Program-made: the position numbers and the translations under genes
Part shown: positions 34,253 to 49,202 of the stretch, one piece after another
Layout of the letters: each line of letters begins with the position of its first letter
Numbering within the stretch: the first letter of the stretch is position 1
Source of the DNA: Dictyostelium discoideum
Taxonomy: Eukaryota
Reading direction: 5' to 3'
DNA length: 64,000 nt
Assembly: GCA_000004695.1 (NCBI GenBank)
Contig: CM000152.2
Span: forward strand, 1,952,001-2,016,000
Notes under the pieces: generated by a model
Told to the model about the DNA's origin: nothing
The model's database searches: none
What the model saw: the letters and a program-made list of their open reading frames with translations, nothing else

Positions 34253-34516
34253 TCGCTATTTAAAAAAAATGAATAATCAATCAGTTATTTATTATTTTAA
34301 TTTTAATTTTTTTTTTTGGTTTTAATAATATTTAATTTAAAATAACAAGAAAAAAAATTATTCGTGGTAATTAAAAAAATAATTAATACACATTTAGAAA
34401 ATTATATTTATTTAAAATAAAAATTTAAAAATACCACCAAAAATTTATTTATTTCCCTTTATTATATATTTAAAAAAAAAAAATATTATTAAAAAAATAA
34501 AAAAAAAAAAAAAAAA

Positions 34517-35341
34517 ATGAAAATAAAATATTTGGTAACAATATTTTTACTCTTTTCAATTTTAATAACAAATATAAATTGTTTAGAAGGTATTGATACA
34601 GTTGTTGATTCAGGAGATGCAATTGAAAAAGCACCACCACCACCAACAACAACAACAACAACTCCACCAACAAAGGAAAGTTCTGCACCAACAAAGGAAA
34701 GTTCTGCACCAGTTATTATTGATACAGCAACTTTAACACCAACAAAATCAACAACTGATATAAATACTCCAACACTTGGACCAAGACAAACAGTTGCACC
34801 AAATGATGTCCCAACATATAAACCAACATATAATACAAAACCACCAAAATTCGAACCATTAACATCATTACCACCAACACAACCACCTCCAAAAAGTGCA
34901 GCACCAACAACTATTAATACTAAAGCACCAACTGTAACTGCTCCACCACCAATAACAACACCACCAACAACTCAACCACCAGAGACAGAGGCACCAGTAA
35001 CTGAAGCACCTGAAGAAACAATAACTCCTTCTAAAACTTCATCACCAAGTAAAACAAAAAATCCTTCTAAAACTTCATCACCAACAAAAACATCTGCTCC
35101 TTCAAAAACTGAAGCACCTGAGGAGGAAGAATCAACATCCTATCAATTAGAAACTACAACCAAAGCACCAGTAACAGAAGCACCAAAATCAACACCTGAA
35201 ACCAATTCAATTCCAACTTTTTCAGAGTCATCATATGGACTAAGTCTTGAATTTGATTCAGATTCTTCAAATTCAAATCAATTAACAATTTTATATTCTT
35301 TACTTTTTATCACAATCATTTCTACAATTTTAATTTTTTAA
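34517..35341 (+). CDS. Secreted Pro/Thr-rich mucin-like protein: signal peptide, PT-rich repeats (TKESSAP x2, SKTSSP repeats), C-terminal hydrophobic stretch compatible with a GPI signal
   Basis: Clean ORF. Compositional features. Confidence 0.65.
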   Translation: MKIKYLVTIFLLFSILITNINCLEGIDTVVDSGDAIEKAPPPPTTTTTTPPTKESSAPTKESSAPVIIDTATLTPTKSTTDINTPTLGPRQTVAPNDVPTYKPTYNTKPPKFEPLTSLPPTQPPPKSAAPTTINTKAPTVTAPPPITTPPTTQPPETEAPVTEAPEETITPSKTSSPSKTKNPSKTSSPTKTSAPSKTEAPEEEESTSYQLETTTKAPVTEAPKSTPETNSIPTFSESSYGLSLEFDSDSSNSNQLTILYSLLFITIISTILIF

Positions 35342-35446
35342 AAATTAAAAAAATAAACTATTCACTTTTTTTATTATTTAATTAATTTTAATTTTATTTA
35401 TTTTTTTGAATTAAAAAATATTTTATTTTTTTTATAATAATTGTTT

Positions 35447-35670
35447 TTAATCAGTTTTTTCTTTTTTTGATAATTGATCAAATGGTTCTAAAATTCTAAT
35501 TAATTGATCCAATAAATCTGATCTTGTAATTATACCTTTTAATTGTTCATCTTCATCAACAACTGGTAATCCACTTATATGTAAATGTAACATTTCTTTA
35601 CTTGCTTGAGTTATTTTTTCCCCAACATGAGCTTTTTTAAAAAAAGTTGCATCTGGTAAAATATCTGATA
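35447..35670 (-). CDS. CBS-domain pair protein, exon 2 (second CBS domain: ...EMLHLHISGLPVVDEDEQLKGIITRSDLLDQL...)
   Basis: T8AG acceptor. Typical CBS motif hhGhPVVDxxxxLxGIIT. Confidence 0.65.
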
Positions 35671-35780
35671 CTAAAAAAAAAAAAAAAAAAAAAAGAAAAT
35701 TTATTAATATATTTTATTTTATTTTATAGTCGAATTTAAACTTTTTTTTTTAAAAAAAAATATTTAAAAAACATTTATAA

Positions 35781-35821
<41 letters not shown>

Positions 35822-35822
35822 C

Positions 35823-36114
35823 CTTTATATGATTCTAAACTATCTAAAATATCTTTTAAATTATGTTCAAAGTAACTTTTTGAATAAACTCTAATATCTT
35901 TATCAGTTACAACACCTAATAATTTCATTTTATCACCCTTTTGTTCAATAACTGGTAAACGTTTATGACCTTCCAAAAGCATTACTTCTAAACAATGTTT
36001 TAAAGTATCTGTTGGTTTTATTGACACAACTTTATCACATTTGGTCATAATGTCTTCAACTCTTGGATTATATTGAATCTTTTGTTCATTATTTAAAATA
36101 TTTAAATTTTCCAT
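35823..36114 (-). CDS. CBS-domain pair protein, exon 1 (first CBS domain)
   Basis: ORF 35764..36114. Donor GTATTT after ...ESYKG, phase 1. The raw ORF tail of tyrosines is (AAT)n intron read-through. Confidence 0.65.
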
Positions 36115-36780
36115 TGTTTTTTTTTTTTTTTTTTTTTTTTTTTTTCAATATTATTATTATTATTTTTTTGTTATTGTGAAGTTAATTAAATAAGTTTAAG
36201 TGAGTGTGGGAATTATTTCAAAAAAAAAAAAAAAAAAAACATTTACATTTTTTTTATTTTTTTTTTTATTCATACAAAAAAAATAAAACAAAATTAAATA
36301 AATTGTAAAAATAAATTAAAATAAATAAATTGTGAAAATAAAATTATATTAAAATAAATAAATTGTAAAAATAACCCACACACTTTTTAAAAATCTGAAT
36401 CGATTTATTTTTAAAATGTTTTTTAATATCTTATATTTGGTTTCTGTTTTTTTAATTTTTTTTTTTTTTTTGTTATTATTATTGGTTTATTGTTGAAGTT
36501 CTCATTTACTATATTATTATTATTTTTTTTTTTTTTTTTTTTTTTTATATATTATCAAGTATTTTTAAATCAAGATGGAATTTTTCTTTCCATAATGCAG
36601 AAATTGTTGAAACCATTGTATCACATTCTATACTATTACCAGTAATTAAATTCCATTCAATTAATGGTTTATTATTAACTTCATTTTCAAATGCAATTGT
36701 AAAATAATTTGGTTTAAATCTTGAATATTTCTAAAATAATAAAAAAAAAAAAAAAAAAAGTTAATATTATTATTAATTAA

Positions 36781-39135
<2,355 letters not shown>

Positions 39136-39210
39136 CAAAATAAAAAATAAATTTATAAGTATATATATTAATATTTATATATATATATATACAAATATAT
39201 TAATACATAC

Positions 39211-39597
39211 AATAATATTATCACTATTTAAAAAGTTTGAAATTATAATATTTCTATAATCTTTTAAATCACAAAATGGATTTTCATCAATAAATAAATA
39301 TTGTAAATTTGGTAATGTATTTAATTTGAAAATCTCTTGAATATCTTTAATGTTATTCTTACTAATATCTAAACATTCCAAAGCATATAATCTATTTAAA
39401 GATTCAACTCTTTCAATTTGATTACCTCTTAATGATAAATGTGTAATCATACCCAATTCTTGATTTATATTCTCCATATCTTTAATCATATTAAATGATA
39501 AATTTAAAGTTCTTAAAAATAAACATTCTTGTAAATTATTAACTTTACTAATTAAATTACCTTCAAAACATAATTTTTCAATTGATAATAATGAATA
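39211..39597 (-). CDS. LRR protein exon 3 (LRRs: LNLSFNMIKDMENI, LSLRGNQIERVESL, LDISKNNIKDIQEI)
   Basis: TAATAG acceptor. GTATGT donor. Frame verified against ORF 39175..39489. Confidence 0.65.
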
Positions 39598-39695
39598 CTA
39601 TTATTATAAAATAATAATAATAATAATAATAATTATATATATTAATAATTATATATATTAAGGAAATAATAATAAAATAATAAAAGTATACTTAC

Positions 39696-40085
39696 AGCAG
39701 ATTGATCAATTTCAGGTATACTATTAAATGATAAATCTAATTCTTTTAATTTTAACCAAATTTTATTTTTTTTATATAAATATTGGAATCGTTTATTTGA
39801 TAATTCTTGTTGTGATAATGGTTGACCATCTTCATGTTGTTCAAATACTATTGAACCAATTGATTGATAATATGGTAATCTAACTTCATCCTCTACAATC
39901 AATAATTCATCCAATGAATTTAATGAACCACTAACTGTCAATTGTTCAATATTTTGTGATAATTCAAATAAATTTGTAATTAATCCTGGTTTAACATATG
40001 AAATCTCTAAAAATTTAATTGAATCAAATAATTTTAAATTTAAATCTCTATTCTTTTCTAATAATCCTTGTTCATTTGGATCAAT
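39696..40085 (-). CDS. LRR protein exon 2
   Basis: TATATAG acceptor. GTAAGT donor. LRR periodicity (LxxLxLSxNxI). Confidence 0.6.
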
Positions 40086-40199
40086 CTATATATATATATA
40101 TTTATATATATAAAAATATATATATATATTTTTTTTTTTTTTAGTAATTTGATGTGATGATTTGATTTGTATAGATATATATAGATATTAAATAATTAC

Positions 40200-40433
40200 T
40201 CTTAAATGTTTAATTAAAGAAATTATAAATTGTAAATCTAATAATTCACTCTTTGATATTTTAAATGAAATTCTTTTACCATTTAAATATAAATTTAATT
40301 GTTCAATACAAATTGGATTCAATGTTAAACATGTATTTCCACTCTTTAAATCTTTTTCATTTGATTTTATAAAATCATTTAATGTTATTAATAATTCATC
40401 TGAATCATGAAATTGTTTCTCTTTTTCTTTCAT
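40200..40433 (-). CDS. LRR protein (STK11IP-like architecture) exon 1
   Basis: ATG. GTAATT donor. Confidence 0.55.
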
Positions 40434-40602
40434 TCTTGAGAGATATGTCTCTTTTTTCGTTTATTTTTTTTTTTTTTTTTGTTTTGTTTTTTTTTTTGTT
40501 TTTTTTTTTTTTTTTTGTTTTTAATGTGTTGAATAATTTTATTTTGGTTTTGTTTTTTTTATTTTTTTGTTTTTTCCTTTTTTTGATTATTATTATTATT
40601 AT

Positions 40603-40645
<43 letters not shown>

Positions 40646-40859
40646 TTAGTGTTTGATTTTATGTATTTGTGTGTAAAAATATAATAATAAAAATATAAAT
40701 ATAAAATAAAAACAATAAAAAAAAAAACAAAAAAAAAAAAATTTTTTTTTGGATATTTTCAAAAAAAAAAAAAAAATAAAAAAAAAACATTTCTATGACA
40801 AAGTCATCGACTGTCTTAAAAATTTGATAAAAAAAAAAAAATTATTATAATAATTTTTT

Positions 40860-41246
40860 ATTGTAATTTACAGATTTCCATTTATTTATTTATTTATTTA
40901 TTTGTTTTATCTTATTTTATTTTTAAATAAAAAAAAACTTTTTTTTTCTTTTTTTTTTTTTTTTTCCAGGTTTTTATTTTATTCTATTTTTAGCAAAGAT
41001 ATTAAAAATCCCAATTGATGGACAATTTTTTGTTTGTTGGTTGGTTACTTTTTTTAAACTATTGTTATGGTTATTATAACCATTTTTATAGTCATTGATA
41101 TTATTTTTATTATTATCGTTATTACCATAAAACTACCATATGGCCTATTATTTCTATTATTACATGGAACGATTTCTTCAGAATGTTCATAATCTTCACC
41201 AAATTCAATTGAGTCATCTTCATAAATTTGATTATTATTATTATTA

Positions 41247-41298
<52 letters not shown>

Positions 41299-41390
41299 AC
41301 TACCCTTTGAATAAGATAATGATGATAGTATACTTGAATTATCTTTTTCCATAACATTATCAACTAAACTATTAATTGATTTGTTTTATT
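40860..41390. repeat. Truncated, internally deleted duplicate of the 3' end of the gene at 43959..46148 and its 3' flank (gene-fragment pseudogene)
   Basis: >90% identity of 41130..41240 with 44105..44215 and 41295..41385 with 44505..44600. The flank 40968..41080 resembles 43925..44050. Confidence 0.75.
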
Positions 41391-41463
41391 TTTTTTTTTT
41401 TTTTTTCCTGTTAAAAAAAAAAAATAAAAAAATAAAAAAATAAAAAAAAAAAAGGTAAAGAGG

Positions 41464-41506
<43 letters not shown>

Positions 41507-41528
41507 TCCAAAGATATTGTTTTTTGTT

Positions 41529-41620
41529 TTAAATTATTTCACCATATTCAGTAGCACCAAATATAGGTTCACCTATTCTAATTAAACCAACTTTTGAATC
41601 TGTTGATGCTGTTACTAAAT
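41529..41620 (-). CDS. WD40-repeat protein exon 3 (Y)LVTASTDSKVGLIRIGEPIFGATEYGEII*
   Basis: TTTTTTTCAG acceptor. LVTASxDxxVxLW-like WD signature. Confidence 0.5.
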
Positions 41621-41674
41621 CTGAAAAAAATAAAAATATTAAAAAAACTATATTTTATAAAAATAAAAAAAAAA

Positions 41675-41706
<32 letters not shown>

Positions 41707-41711
41707 CTTAC

Positions 41712-42419
41712 ATTCATCATTTTTAGAAATTGATAAATCTTGAATTTCTCTTGAATGTTTAAAAACTGTACCATAATGATCATGTTTTAAATTTGATCTA
41801 TTTAATACTCTTAGACTACCATCATTACAAGATAAAAACAGTCTTGTACCATTATTTGTATAATGTAATTTCATGATTGATTTCGATTGAGGTATAAAGA
41901 AAACATTTGAAATGGAACCATCGATTTGGAAAACCGTTAATCTATCGCCACCGACCAACAAACAACTACTATTATTGGTTGGAGGTGACTCTGGTGAAAC
42001 TGTTATTGAATTTTGATGAGAAGAGAAATCAAATTGTTTAAAAGTGTTCTTTTGAGAATCCAATATCTTTGCAGAGGAATCCGATGATGCAGTCATTATC
42101 AAATTGGTGCCACCAAAATGTCTTGACCATTGCTGATTTAGTATTTGAATATCGTTGATTGTATTCTGATGAATTTGGTCAATATTTTTAATGGGTGTCG
42201 CTGATCTTATATCTATATGTGACAATCCTTTCCCCGTTATATTCGGTGTTACCAATAGATTGTTATTACTTGGATCTATCGCTATCGATGTTCTAAATGG
42301 TCCTGAAAAACAACACCTATCAAATGATTGCACTACTGCTGCTTTCTCTACATCAAAAATTAATAATTTATTTGAACTTGTTGATAATGCTATTTTATTA
42401 CCACCATTTAAAAATTTTA
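41712..42419 (-). CDS. WD40-repeat protein exon 2
   Basis: T10AAAG acceptor. Frame verified against ORF 41578..42444. GTAAGT donor, phase 1. Confidence 0.65.
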
Positions 42420-42463
42420 CTTTAAAAAAAAAAAAAAACAACATTAATTATACGGGGGGGTAT

Positions 42464-42499
<36 letters not shown>

Positions 42500-42520
42500 A
42501 AAAAAAAAGAATATACTTAC

Positions 42521-43110
42521 AACCACTAAAATTAACAGTACCTTGATAAGATATAATTGAACTTGATTTCAATTTACCAAATCTTGCATCATATATATTA
42601 CATTTACCATCCAATCCTGCAGAACAAAATATGTGGTGATCATTTGGTGAAAAATCAACACCTTTAACAGCACGTTGATGTGTTTCAAAAAATGTTGCAT
42701 TACCAAACACCCCTTTTGATATAGTTGTAGTTGTTGGGAAATTTGATAATATAGAATGTGTAAGTAATTCATTGATTTCACTAGGATGAATTGTTAAACT
42801 ACCTATATTTGAATGTCCACTACTACCACCACCACCACTATTATTATTATTATTATTACTATTATTACTATTACTATTACTATTACTATTTGAATTATTA
42901 TGTATATTATTTTCATTTAATGTTCCATTTAATAAATCTTGAAGATTGGCTTGAGATGTTAATCTAAGCAATGAAAAAAATGGCGACGTTCTTGTTGTAT
43001 TACCACCACCTAATTGAGATAGTAATGGATGAGTACCAGAGGATGAATTATTATTATTATTATTATTATTTTGGTTATTATTATTATTATTGTTATTATT
43101 ATTATTATTA

Positions 43111-43145
<35 letters not shown>

Positions 43146-43216
43146 GTTATTGTTATTATTATTATTATTTTGGTTATTATTTTGGTTATTATTTTGGTAA
43201 TTCATAAAATAACCAT

Positions 43217-43220
<4 letters not shown>
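42521..43220 (-). CDS. WD40-repeat protein exon 1 (about 120-residue Asn/Gln-rich N-terminus, then WD repeats)
   Basis: ORF 42492..43220. GTAAGT donor, phase 1. Confidence 0.65.
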
Positions 43221-43247
<27 letters not shown>

Positions 43248-43696
43248 ATTATTTCTTTTCTTTTTTTTATTTATTTATTTTTATTTTCTCAAAATATTTA
43301 AATAATACCTTTTGGGTTTTTTTTTTTTTTTTTTTTTTTTTGTTATTATTATTTTATTATTATGTTTTTTTTTTTTTTTTTTCTTTAGAAATAAAAAAAA
43401 TTTTATTTATATTTAATTTACAACAATTTATTAATATATATTTATATTATTTTTTTTTTTTTTAGTTTCTTTCCTTCTCTATCTATATCTCTATCTATCT
43501 CTATTCCTTTTCTTTTAAAAAAAAAACTATTAATTCAATTTACGCATAGAATTTTAAAATATGTGCTATTGTATCAATTATTTTTTAATTTATATATTTT
43601 TTTTATTTTATTTTATTGTGATATTACTTTGAAAAAAGTTTGTTGTTGGGTATCAATAAGTGAATTTGTGTGAAAAAAAAAGAAAAAAAAAAAAAG

Positions 43697-43727
<31 letters not shown>

Positions 43728-43743
43728 AGGTAAAAATTAAATT

Positions 43744-43775
<32 letters not shown>

Positions 43776-43958
43776 TTTTAATTTAATTAAATTTAATTTT
43801 TTTTTTTTTTTTTGGGTAAAAATTTTAAGTGATAGGGTTTTCAAATTCAGTGAAAAAAATTTACAGACTTATTTTTATTTTTAGATTTTTTTTTTTTTTT
43901 TTTTTTCCAGGACTTATTTTTTTTTTTCCAGATTTTTATTTTTTTTTTTTATTTTATT

Positions 43959-44369
43959 TTATGCACATATATTAAAAATACTCATTGATGGACGATTTTG
44001 TGTTTGTTGGTTTGGTTTCTTTCTTTTTAAACTATTGTTATGGTTATTTGGGTTATTGCTATTGTTTTTATTATTATTATAATTATTACCAATAAAATTA
44101 CCAATAAAATTACCATATGGTCTATTATTTCTATTATTACATGGAACGATTTCTTCAGAATGTTCATAATCTTCACCGAATTCAATTGAGTCATCTTCAT
44201 AAATTTGATTATTATTACTATTAGTATTATTATTCTTTGAAGAGACATTACAATTTTTCTTTGATGGTTGATGATGATGATCTAATTCTTCAAAAGAAGC
44301 AGCAGTCATTGCTAATGCATCAAGTAAATCCAAACCAGATGGTGATGATTGTACAATTTTTGAATTTGA

Positions 44370-44453
<84 letters not shown>

Positions 44454-46148
44454 GGTTGGTTTATTATTCATATTTACATTTTTGTTATTGTTATTATTAT
44501 TATTAATTAAACTACCCTTTGAATAAGATAATGATGATAGTATATTTGAATTATTATCTTTTTTCATAACATTATCAATTAAACTATTAATTGATTGAAC
44601 AAAACTATTATTACTATTTACAGATGATGGTGATGATGTAGATGTGGTGGTTGTGGTGGTTGTAGTTGTGATTTGTTTTTTATTACAGTTGTTGTTTTGA
44701 TTTAAGAAATGAGATGATGATGATGAGGAAGATAATAATGAAGAGGATGACAATGATGAAGATGATTCAAAATCATAAGCACTATTAAAATTTAAAACTG
44801 GTGAAGAATGAGCACTACCATTAATAACACTATTATGCAAATCTCTTTTTGGAGAGTTTATTGGTGAAATGGATGGAACGTCATCAGAAATAATACTTGA
44901 AACTGATGGTGATGAATAAGAAGCATAAGATGTTTTTGGTGTATTTTGTTGGGATGGTGATGGTGATTGAGATTGAGTATGGAAATGATCTTTTTTAAAT
45001 CTTTTATTATTTTGATTAATATTGGTATAATTATTATTATTATTATAATTTATTGGTTGTTCATCATCTACAATCTCGACATCTTCTTGTTCATCATCAG
45101 ATTCATAATAATAATTTTGATGTTGTTTAATTTGTTGTTTTTGTTGTTGTAGTTGTTTAACTTGTTGATGAGATTGAGATTGGGATTGGGATTGTTGTTG
45201 TTGTTGTTGTTGTAATTTATATTGTTGTAATTGTTGTTGTTGATTATTATTCATAATTTTTTGATATTGTTTTGAATTTGATAATGATTGGAAAACCAAA
45301 ACATTTGATTGTGGATAATGAAATTCATTTTTTAAATGACCCATTTCAATTAGGAAACCAATGGCAGAAAAGAAAATTGTTATAAGATTTAAATTTCCAA
45401 TTGGATTTTCAATCCATTTACCAACGATAGTTTGATAATCTGGTGTTTTAAAGTAACCACTTGATGAAGGTTCATTGATATTATTCAATTGTTGTTGTTG
45501 TGAAAATAATGGAAACATTAAACAAGTTTGCCAAATTCTCTTTTTTTGTTGTTTTGATAATTTAATAATAGTTGGTAACCAATAATTAATCAATGCCAAT
45601 TGTTGAATAGTTGAAGAATATGAGTATCCCCATAATGATGATGTTATCATTATATTTGATAAAATTGAATTATTATTATTATTATTTTCAGATGATGATG
45701 ATGATGTATCTGGTGAAGTATTTTTTAAAATATTTTCATTTTTTTTAATTAATTTTGAAATTGATTTTTCTAATAATTGAATACTGTGATAATTTATGAA
45801 ATCTTTATTTATTATTAATGATTGGAAAAATGGTGTAAATTTATTTGTACAATTTTGTTGGTCGGTTGGATTATTTATATTATTATTATTATTTATATTT
45901 ATATTTATATTATTATTTATATTTAAATTTGCTTTTTTAATTGATTGTCTATAATATTCTTTCCAAATTAAATTTCTTACAGATGGAGAGCATTGGTCAA
46001 TTTGTTCAACTAATGTTTCAACATTCTCAATCATTTTTAAATTATCTTTGAAAGATTCCTCTTTTTCAAAATCATATTCTTCATCAACTTCATCAACTAA
46101 TGAATTTGAATTTAAGGATGGAACATTATCTTCAAAATTATTATTCAT
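43959..46148 (-). CDS. Large (729 aa) Gln/Asn-rich protein of unknown function, single exon
   Basis: Uninterrupted ORF with ATG. Its 3' end is the source of the duplicated fragment at 40860..41390. Confidence 0.6.
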
Positions 46149-46459
46149 TTTATTTTTATTTATTTTTATTTATTTATTTTTATTTATTTATTTAATAATT
46201 TGTATTTATTGTATTTGTCGGATTTAGTTATTACTATTTAAAATAATTTGTTTTTTTTTTTTTTTTTTTTTTTTTAATTATATATGTAAAATTTTGAGTT
46301 AGTATTTTATGATTTTAATTTAATAAAATTTTAAAAAGAATGATTCTTTTTTTTTTTTAATTTATATTTTTTTTTTTTTAATTTATATTTTTTTTTTTAA
46401 TTTTTTAATTTAATTTCACAAAAAAAAAAAAAGTGTAAAAAAGAAAAAAATATTTTTTT

Positions 46460-46502
<43 letters not shown>

Positions 46503-46947
46503 CTTTAAAAAAAAATCTAATTCGTGTTCTTCGGGTGAAACCCTAATTAATTTAAAATGAAAGCGTAGAAATCAACAATTTTTCTTTTTTCTTTTTTCTT
46601 TTTTTGTGATTTTTTTTTTTTTTTTAAAATAATTTTTTTTAAAACATCAATTTTGATTTAATTTTTATTTTAATTTGATTTTATTTTAATTTTATTTATT
46701 TTTTTATTTTTTATTTTAAAAACAAAATGATTACCTTATTTTCAAGCAAATAAATTTATTTGAAATAAAAAAAAGAAAAAAAAAAAAAAAAATAATTTAA
46801 AGAAAAAAGAAAAAAATAAAAAAATAAAAAATAAAAAATAAAAAATAAAAAAAAAAACCTTTTTTATAACAACACCAAAAAATTGATATTTTTTTTTTTT
46901 TCTTCTTGATTTAAATTATATTTTGTTAGCAAAATCAAATAAAAAAA

Positions 46948-46969
46948 CAGTGTGCTGGAATTCGCCCTT
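46948..46969 (+). other. 22-nt exact match (CAGTGTGCTGGAATTCGCCCTT) to the pCR-TOPO/pCR2.1 cloning-site flank
   Basis: A GC-rich 22-mer inside a >90% AT intergenic region. Identical to the vector sequence ...CCAGTGTGCTGGAATTCGCCCTT|insert. Confidence 0.7.
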
Positions 46970-48408
46970 ACAAAAAACTTTTAACCTCCATTTTTTTTTT
47001 TTTCTTTACATGAAAAAAAAAATAATATAAATAAAAATAAAAAAAAAACAGATATTTTAAAAAAAAGAGAGAAAAAAAAAAAAAAAGAAAAAACATTGTG
47101 AGTTAAATAATTAACTCTACATATGGGCAATGAAAAAATAAAAATTAAATAAAAATTATTTTTTCAACTTACAATTTACTTTTTTTTTGATATTTTTATT
47201 ATTTAATTAATTTTTTTTTTTTTTTTTTTTTATTTTTTATGAGATTTAAAAATATATTTATATATTTATTATTTATTTATTTATTTTTTAAAAAATGTAT
47301 TTATACAAGGAACTATTTTACTTTCTTTATTAAATTAAAAAAGAATTGATTTTTTTTTTTTTACAAAGTTTATTTTATATTAAAAAAATTTAATATGGAA
47401 AAAATAATATAAAAAAAAAAAAAAATTAAATAAGAATTTATTTTTATTTTTTTTTTATTTTTTTTTTTAATATATTTTTCTATATTCGAGATGTGATACT
47501 AAAATCATTAAATATTTGAAGTATTTTTGTGATGTTTTTTTTTTTTTTTTTTTTCCTCAAAGGATTCAATAATTACACATCAAAATATATATCAAACACA
47601 CAAACACTGTGTGTTTTATTAATTTCAAAGTTTTGTTTTATTTTTTTTTCTTTTTCCATTAGGAAAAGGGAGTAGTTGATTTTAAAGTGTGGGTAATTAA
47701 AGTAACAAAACAAAAAGATTGTGTTAAAAATAGGGGGTAATTAACATTGAGATTTTAATCCCATTTAAAATAATTTGTGATTATTTCCAGATTTTCTGAA
47801 AAAAAAAAAAAAAAAAAAAATACACAAAATATCAAAAAATATCTATTAATTTTTTTTTTTCATCCAATTTTTTTTTTTATTTATATAAAATCAACAAATT
47901 TCTTTTAATTTTATTTTTTATTTATTTTTTTTTATTTTTTAAAAAAGTTTGTTTATTTTAAGTATTTCCATTTTTGTTAATTTTTTTATCATCTCCTAAA
48001 ATTATTATAATATATTATTATTAAAAGAAAAAAAAAAAAAAAAAAATCAAAAATTATATTTTTAACATCACATCTGAAAATTGATATTTTTAGAACCAAC
48101 ACATGAAAATATAATAATAAAAAAAAATTAAAAAAAAAATGATTGATTTTATAAATTATTATTATTATTAATATTTTTGATTTTTTTCTTTTTCTTTGAT
48201 TTTATTTTTTTTTCTTTTAAAAAAAAAAAAATATACTTATTATTTTTATTATTTATTGACCCTTTTTTTTTTTTTCATTGATCGTCACCCCTTTATCTAT
48301 CATTTATTTTAATCTTTTTTTTTCCTGTTTTTTATTTTTTTTTTTTTATTTTTTTTTTTTATTTTTTTTTAACAATGAACAGTTGGTATCAAGAAAAAAA
48401 AAAAAATT

Positions 48409-48478
48409 TTAAAAAAATAATAAAAATAATAAAAATAATAAAAATAATAAGAATAATAAAAATAATAAAAATAAAAAA
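48409..48478. repeat. 12-bp tandem repeat (AATAATAAAAAT)n, about 6 units, intergenic
   Basis: Seen in sequence. Confidence 0.8.
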
Positions 48479-48721
48479 TTTGTAAAATGTAAAATGTAAA
48501 AAAAAAAAAAAAATAAAAAATTAATCTCATTGTTGTTTTGTGTTTAAAGTTTTGTGTTTTTTTTTTTTTTTTAATAATTTTTTATTATTATTATTATTTT
48601 TCTTATTATTTTCTTTTTGAAAAAGAGTTTATAAAATCTAATTTTAATTATTTTTTTTTTTTTATTTTTTTTTTTATCTTTTTTTTTTTATTTTTTAATT
48701 TATAATATTTTTGATTTAAAT

Positions 48722-48826
48722 TTATTTTTTTGATTTTTTTTTAGATTCTTCTTTCTTTTTCATTATAAAATCTTGTTTATCTTTAATTGAAACTGGTTTG
48801 ATAAAAGTACCTGGCATAACAGAAAC
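48722..48826 (-). CDS. utp14: UTP14 exon 3 VSVMPGTFIKPVSIKDKQDFIMKKKEESKKKSKK*
   Basis: TAATAAAAG acceptor. Matches yeast ...RIMTKPGQVIDPLKAPFK C-terminus. Confidence 0.7.
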   Translation of the reverse strand, partial: VSVMPGTFIKPVSIKDKQDFIMKKKEESKKKSKK

Positions 48827-49202
48827 CTTTTATTATAAAATAAAGAAAAAAAAAAGAATAAAGTAAAAGTTTTGTTAATAAAAATGATATATCACAACCA
48901 ACATCTTAAAAAGTGTCGCTCCATTGTTTTTTTTTTTTTTTTTTTTTGAGAATTTTATTTTTTTTTTTTTTTTTTTTCCTTTTTACATGAGGGAGGGGTG
49001 AATAAATCACTCTCACTCTCACTCTCAAATAATTACAAAAAAAAAAAAAATAAAAAATAATAAAAAATAAAATATCTGGAAATGAAAAATGTTTGTAAAA
49101 ATGAAAAAAATAAAAAAAATATCTGGAAATGAAAAATGATTGTAAAAATAAAAATAAAATAAAAAAATATAAATTAAATAAATATAATAAATTTATACAT
49201 AC

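Noticed and set aside
41122-41352. 76-aa minus-strand ORF (and its twin at 44027..44248)
   Set aside because: It arises from (AAT)n repeats within the duplicated gene fragment or the parent gene 3' end and is not an independent gene.
46960-46975. CCTTACA adjacent to the vector-like 22-mer, reminiscent of the class-I RNA CCTTACAGCAA motif
   Set aside because: Only 7 of 11 nt match. There is no flanking stem or DUSE. It is better explained as part of the TOPO CCCTT site.
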